From Candidatus Hydrothermia bacterium (GTDB taxonomy: Bacteria; Hydrothermota; Hydrothermia; UBA1063), in contig JBNARF010000001.1 of NCBI GenBank assembly GCA_049719805.1, positions 318,341-382,340 on the forward strand: a stretch of 64,000 bases of DNA, read 5' to 3'. The translations under genes and the position numbers were made by a program. The number at the start of each line of letters is the position of its first letter. Positions within the stretch are counted from its first letter, which is position 1. Of the stretch, positions 60,822-64,000 are shown one piece after another. The notes beneath the pieces are model-generated. The model was not told where the DNA came from. It did not search any database and saw nothing but the letters and a program-made list of their open reading frames with translations.

Positions 60822-63197
60822 ATGAACAATGAAGAATTAACTTTTGAAGATCTGAAAGAAGCCTTTATAAGAAAAGGTAAATTTGGTTTCTTAGCCTTTT
60901 GTGCCACTTTAATAATTGCGATTATATACACGGTGTTCAAAACCCCGATCTACGAGTCAGAAATCAGGGTAAGACTCCCTGGTGCAACTTCTGTGACGGA
61001 AATGGTTCTTGCAGGTGCTACTACCCCTTGGAATGATGTACCTACGCAACTCGAACTTATTAAGTCAAAGGGTATTTTAAAAAAAGTAAGTGATAAACTA
61101 AATTTAAGGTTTGTTCCTGTAGATCGGAATTTTTATGAGCTTGTATCCATTAAATATCTGGAAATTTCAGACTCATTTCCTCCCGGCTTATACAGCATAT
61201 ATCAAAGTCCCAACGGCTTTTCCATTGTAAATGTAAAAACAAGGGATACGATCATATATAATTCTCCTTATGACATTGTCGTTGAAGGTCACCATATAAA
61301 ATTAGAAGTTGGGGCTCCTTCTCAAAAAAATGCAAACAGGTCATTTAAATTTGAAGTGAGAAGCATAAATAGTGTAATAAGGTGGCTATCAAAGAATGTT
61401 AAAGTTTCAAGAGAAGGTCAATCTTTTGTGGCTGTAATCAAGGCGCGATCTAATGATCCTATGCTTTCGAAAAGGATAGCGGAAGAAGTTGCAAAAGGTT
61501 ACTATGACTTTACTCTGGAAGATGTGAGATTTCAGGCAACCTCCTTAAGACAATTTCTAGAAGAACAGATACAAAAAATTGAAAATGAACTATCATCCTA
61601 CGAGTCTGAACTGGCAAATATAAAAAACAGCCTGGGAACATACAGCTTTTTTGCTCTCGAAAATATATCTGAGAGTTTAAAGGATATTTTTTCCAGGATG
61701 AACGATCTGGAATTTCAAAGGATCAACGTACACGTCCAAAAAGTTGAACTCCAGAAAGAAATAGAAACATTAAAAGCTCAGCTCGAGGGGAAAGGATACT
61801 TAAGTGAGTATGCAAAACTTGCTTCAAGCTTAGACACTGGAGGAGATCCTAAGATTCTATCACTACAGAACAGGTTATACGACCTTGAGTTAAAGAAAGC
61901 CTCGTTGAGTCAAAAGTATAGTGAAGAAAACCCAGAAATAAGATCTATAGATTCTCAAATCGAGGAAATTAAATCATCCATAAAAAAATACTCAGAAGAA
62001 AGTGCAAAAATAGCCCTTTCTTCGTCAGATCCAATTTTTCTACAAATAGCACAAAAAATCATTTCTAACCAGGCAGAAATCGTAATATTAGAGACTAAAG
62101 AGCAAGCCATTGATTCAGCACTTTCAATGTATGAAAGGAAAGTTTCTAATCTCCCTGAAAAAGCCCTAATGTATAGCAAAATTAAAAGGAAAATACAAGC
62201 GCTTTCTTCAATATACAATGTACTTCTTGAAAGACTGGAACAAACAAAAGTGGAAGAAGCATCAAAGATTTCCGATGTAAGAATTATAGACTTTGCAATG
62301 ATTCCCGGTGCTCCTGTATCCCCTAAGAGATTTCAAACAATAATCATCAGCATCCTATTAGGTGCAATTCTTGGTTTATTTACCTCTCTAACGTTATATT
62401 ATCTGGATGATACAGTTAAATTCGCTTCAGAGGTTGAGAATTTAACAGGTAAACCCTGCATCGGGAAAATACCTGTTTTTTCAAACGGCGAGAAATCACA
62501 TCTCTTTATCGGTAAAGATCCCCTGAGCCCTGAGGCAGAATCATTTAAAAAACTTAGATTAAATGTTGAAATCCTTTTGCCAGCAAATCCCAAAATTATA
62601 GTTATTTCAAGCGTCACCGAAAATGAAGGTAAGTCAACAATCGCCGCAAACCTTGCATTAGCCTATGCCTTAACCGGTGTTAAAACCCTACTTATAGACT
62701 GCGATTTAAGAAAGCCTGTCCAACATCAACTATTTAACGTGCCCAACGACCGTGGTTTTACCGAACTTGTTACTCAAGGCATTTTAAAACCACAGCCGGC
62801 CACTTTAAATAATCTTTTTGTTCTTCCCTCCGGGGCGAATGCACTAAATATTCTTAAAGTACTGGACTCCTTTGATCTTAGAAAAACCTATGAAATCCTG
62901 ATAGAAAATTTTGATGTCATTATTCTAGATACTCCTCCCATTTTACCCGTCGCCGAATCTCTGACCTTAGCTGCTTTTGCTAAAAATTTACTCCTTGTGG
63001 TAAGAAACGAATATACACCCAAGAAGCTTTTAACAGAAGTAGTTTCAACTTTGCCGGAAAAAATCAATTTGGTAGGATTTGTTATAAACTTCTACCGAAG
63101 AGAAGGCAGTTACTATCGCTACTACTACAGATACTACAGTAAAGAAAAAAACGTGAATTCAATTAACGGGCTCCTCAAAAAAATAATTTCAAGATAA
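60822..63197 (+). CDS. wzc: Wzc-type polysaccharide co-polymerase / tyrosine autokinase
   Basis: Two TM with a periplasmic coiled coil; EAESFKKLR; Walker A ENEGKST; DCDLRKP; DTPP; Tyr cluster YYRYYYRYY; the TTG start in the ORF track coincides with the -35 box. Confidence 0.92.
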   Translation: MNNEELTFEDLKEAFIRKGKFGFLAFCATLIIAIIYTVFKTPIYESEIRVRLPGATSVTEMVLAGATTPWNDVPTQLELIKSKGILKKVSDKLNLRFVPVDRNFYELVSIKYLEISDSFPPGLYSIYQSPNGFSIVNVKTRDTIIYNSPYDIVVEGHHIKLEVGAPSQKNANRSFKFEVRSINSVIRWLSKNVKVSREGQSFVAVIKARSNDPMLSKRIAEEVAKGYYDFTLEDVRFQATSLRQFLEEQIQKIENELSSYESELANIKNSLGTYSFFALENISESLKDIFSRMNDLEFQRINVHVQKVELQKEIETLKAQLEGKGYLSEYAKLASSLDTGGDPKILSLQNRLYDLELKKASLSQKYSEENPEIRSIDSQIEEIKSSIKKYSEESAKIALSSSDPIFLQIAQKIISNQAEIVILETKEQAIDSALSMYERKVSNLPEKALMYSKIKRKIQALSSIYNVLLERLEQTKVEEASKISDVRIIDFAMIPGAPVSPKRFQTIIISILLGAILGLFTSLTLYYLDDTVKFASEVENLTGKPCIGKIPVFSNGEKSHLFIGKDPLSPEAESFKKLRLNVEILLPANPKIIVISSVTENEGKSTIAANLALAYALTGVKTLLIDCDLRKPVQHQLFNVPNDRGFTELVTQGILKPQPATLNNLFVLPSGANALNILKVLDSFDLRKTYEILIENFDVIILDTPPILPVAESLTLAAFAKNLLLVVRNEYTPKKLLTEVVSTLPEKINLVGFVINFYRREGSYYRYYYRYYSKEKNVNSINGLLKKIISR

Positions 63198-63212
63198 CTG
63201 GAGGAATTACAG

Positions 63213-63782
63213 ATGCTTTTTATTTTTCTCGCTTTGATTCAGCTTTTAATACCAGGTGATGGAATCGTAATAAATTCTACAAATTACAAAGAATTAAATG
63301 ATACCATCTTCGTATTAGCAGATACTACAGCTGAATTGCCTTACCTGGGGAGAATAAAGGTTGATTCGATAAGTGAAGAAAATTTGAGGGCTTTCTTCGT
63401 AGATTCATATTCCAGGTACCTTAAAGCCCCTGATATTAGTGTATTTCTTGTATACAGAGTGATTGTACTGGGTAGAGTCAATAGACCCGGAATTTACTAT
63501 TTGCCTTCTTTTGCTTCTCTTGCTGACGTTCTTGCTATAGCTGGAGGGCCAACTCCTGATGCTTCAATGAGTAGAATAAAAATTGTTAATAGAGAAAAAT
63601 CCAGGACAATCTCCTTAAATGTAGCAATAAAAAAGGGCTGGAATTTAAAGGATATTCAAATCACTTCCGGGACAACTATTGAGGTCCCAAGGAAATTTAG
63701 TATTAGTCTCGAAGATATATATAAATTTGCCGCTACAACTGGAATTTTATGGAGTGTATACAGAGATGTGATTAAAAGGTAA
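63213..63782 (+). CDS. Short Wza-like polysaccharide export protein (poly_export + SLBB)
   Basis: PGDGI, LPYLGRI, VLGRVNRPGIY and AGGPT motifs; SD GGAGG. Confidence 0.82.
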   Translation: MLFIFLALIQLLIPGDGIVINSTNYKELNDTIFVLADTTAELPYLGRIKVDSISEENLRAFFVDSYSRYLKAPDISVFLVYRVIVLGRVNRPGIYYLPSFASLADVLAIAGGPTPDASMSRIKIVNREKSRTISLNVAIKKGWNLKDIQITSGTTIEVPRKFSISLEDIYKFAATTGILWSVYRDVIKR

Positions 63783-63791
63783 GGAGGGTAG

Positions 63792-64000
63792 ATGAATTTA
63801 GTAAAAGATTTAAAGGAAAAAATTGAAAATAGGAAGGCAATTATTGGTGTAATCGGCCTTGGATATGTGGGACTTCCTTTAGTGCGAGAGTTTCTAAGAA
63901 ATGGTTTTAGAGTTGTTGGATTTGACATAGACTCTGAAAAAGTAAATAAACTAAACCGTGGAGAGAGCTATATCAAGCATATACAGGGTGATTTTATAAA
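63792..64000 (+). CDS. Nucleotide-sugar dehydrogenase (WecC/WbpA-like); 3' end truncated by the window edge
   Basis: SD AAGGAGG; MNLVKDLKEKIENRKAIIGVIGLGYVGLPL...GFDID..KV..L..GESYI. Confidence 0.9.
   Translation, partial: MNLVKDLKEKIENRKAIIGVIGLGYVGLPLVREFLRNGFRVVGFDIDSEKVNKLNRGESYIKHIQGDFI

Noticed and set aside
60743-60940. 65-aa minus-strand ORF upstream of polX, and the TTG start of wzc at 60786
   Set aside because: The ORF is an antisense shadow of wzc; the TTG is the -35 box of a near-consensus promoter pointing to ATG 60822
63110-63140. TAC-rich short repeat
   Set aside because: Encodes the Wzc C-terminal tyrosine cluster; not an independent repeat
1597-63928. Many 60-180 aa antisense or alternate-frame ORFs in the track (e.g. 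12205-12621, 16618-17046, 49660-50064, 52409-52945)
   Set aside because: They lie within or largely overlap well-supported genes, have Ser/Ile/Phe-rich shadow composition and show no recognisable motifs
1-64000. CRISPR array, tRNA/rRNA genes, IS elements
   Set aside because: No regularly spaced direct repeats, cloverleaf T-loop/CCA signatures, transposase ORFs or terminal inverted repeats seen by eye; intergenic space is minimal

Overview
A gene-dense, AT-rich window of bacterial core chromosome with about 60 CDS and no rRNA, tRNA, CRISPR array or IS element that I can see. Gene content and lysine/glutamate-rich proteins suggest a diderm thermophile, possibly WOR-3-like (inference only). Housekeeping genes include folP, glgA, pyrG, proS, rimP-nusA-infB, ptsH-ptsI, tsaE, xerD, aspS, ispG, pyrR, lepA, mutL, hprK, hpf, tkt, gap, pgk, rseP, polX and the start of a wzc-wza-sugar dehydrogenase locus. 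Main observations: (1) a near-consensus XerC/D dif site at 26741-26768, so the replication terminus probably lies here; (2) a HEAT-like helical-repeat protein and an HD-GYP protein that are translationally coupled and appear to share an unnamed N-terminal domain, next to a zinc-ribbon/class III cyclase/STAND-ATPase/TPR protein; (3) an operon of an orphan family-5 solute-binding lipoprotein, histidine kinase, stand-alone receiver, degenerate-GGDEF/EAL protein, an unlisted 35-aa membrane protein and an Na+/proline symporter; (4) repeated sigma70 promoters 5-10 nt upstream of SD-less ATGs, suggesting leaderless mRNAs; (5) very short, mostly uncharged N-terminal hydrophobic leaders on several presumably exported proteins. 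All calls come from reading the sequence and from recalled motifs; no searches were run.
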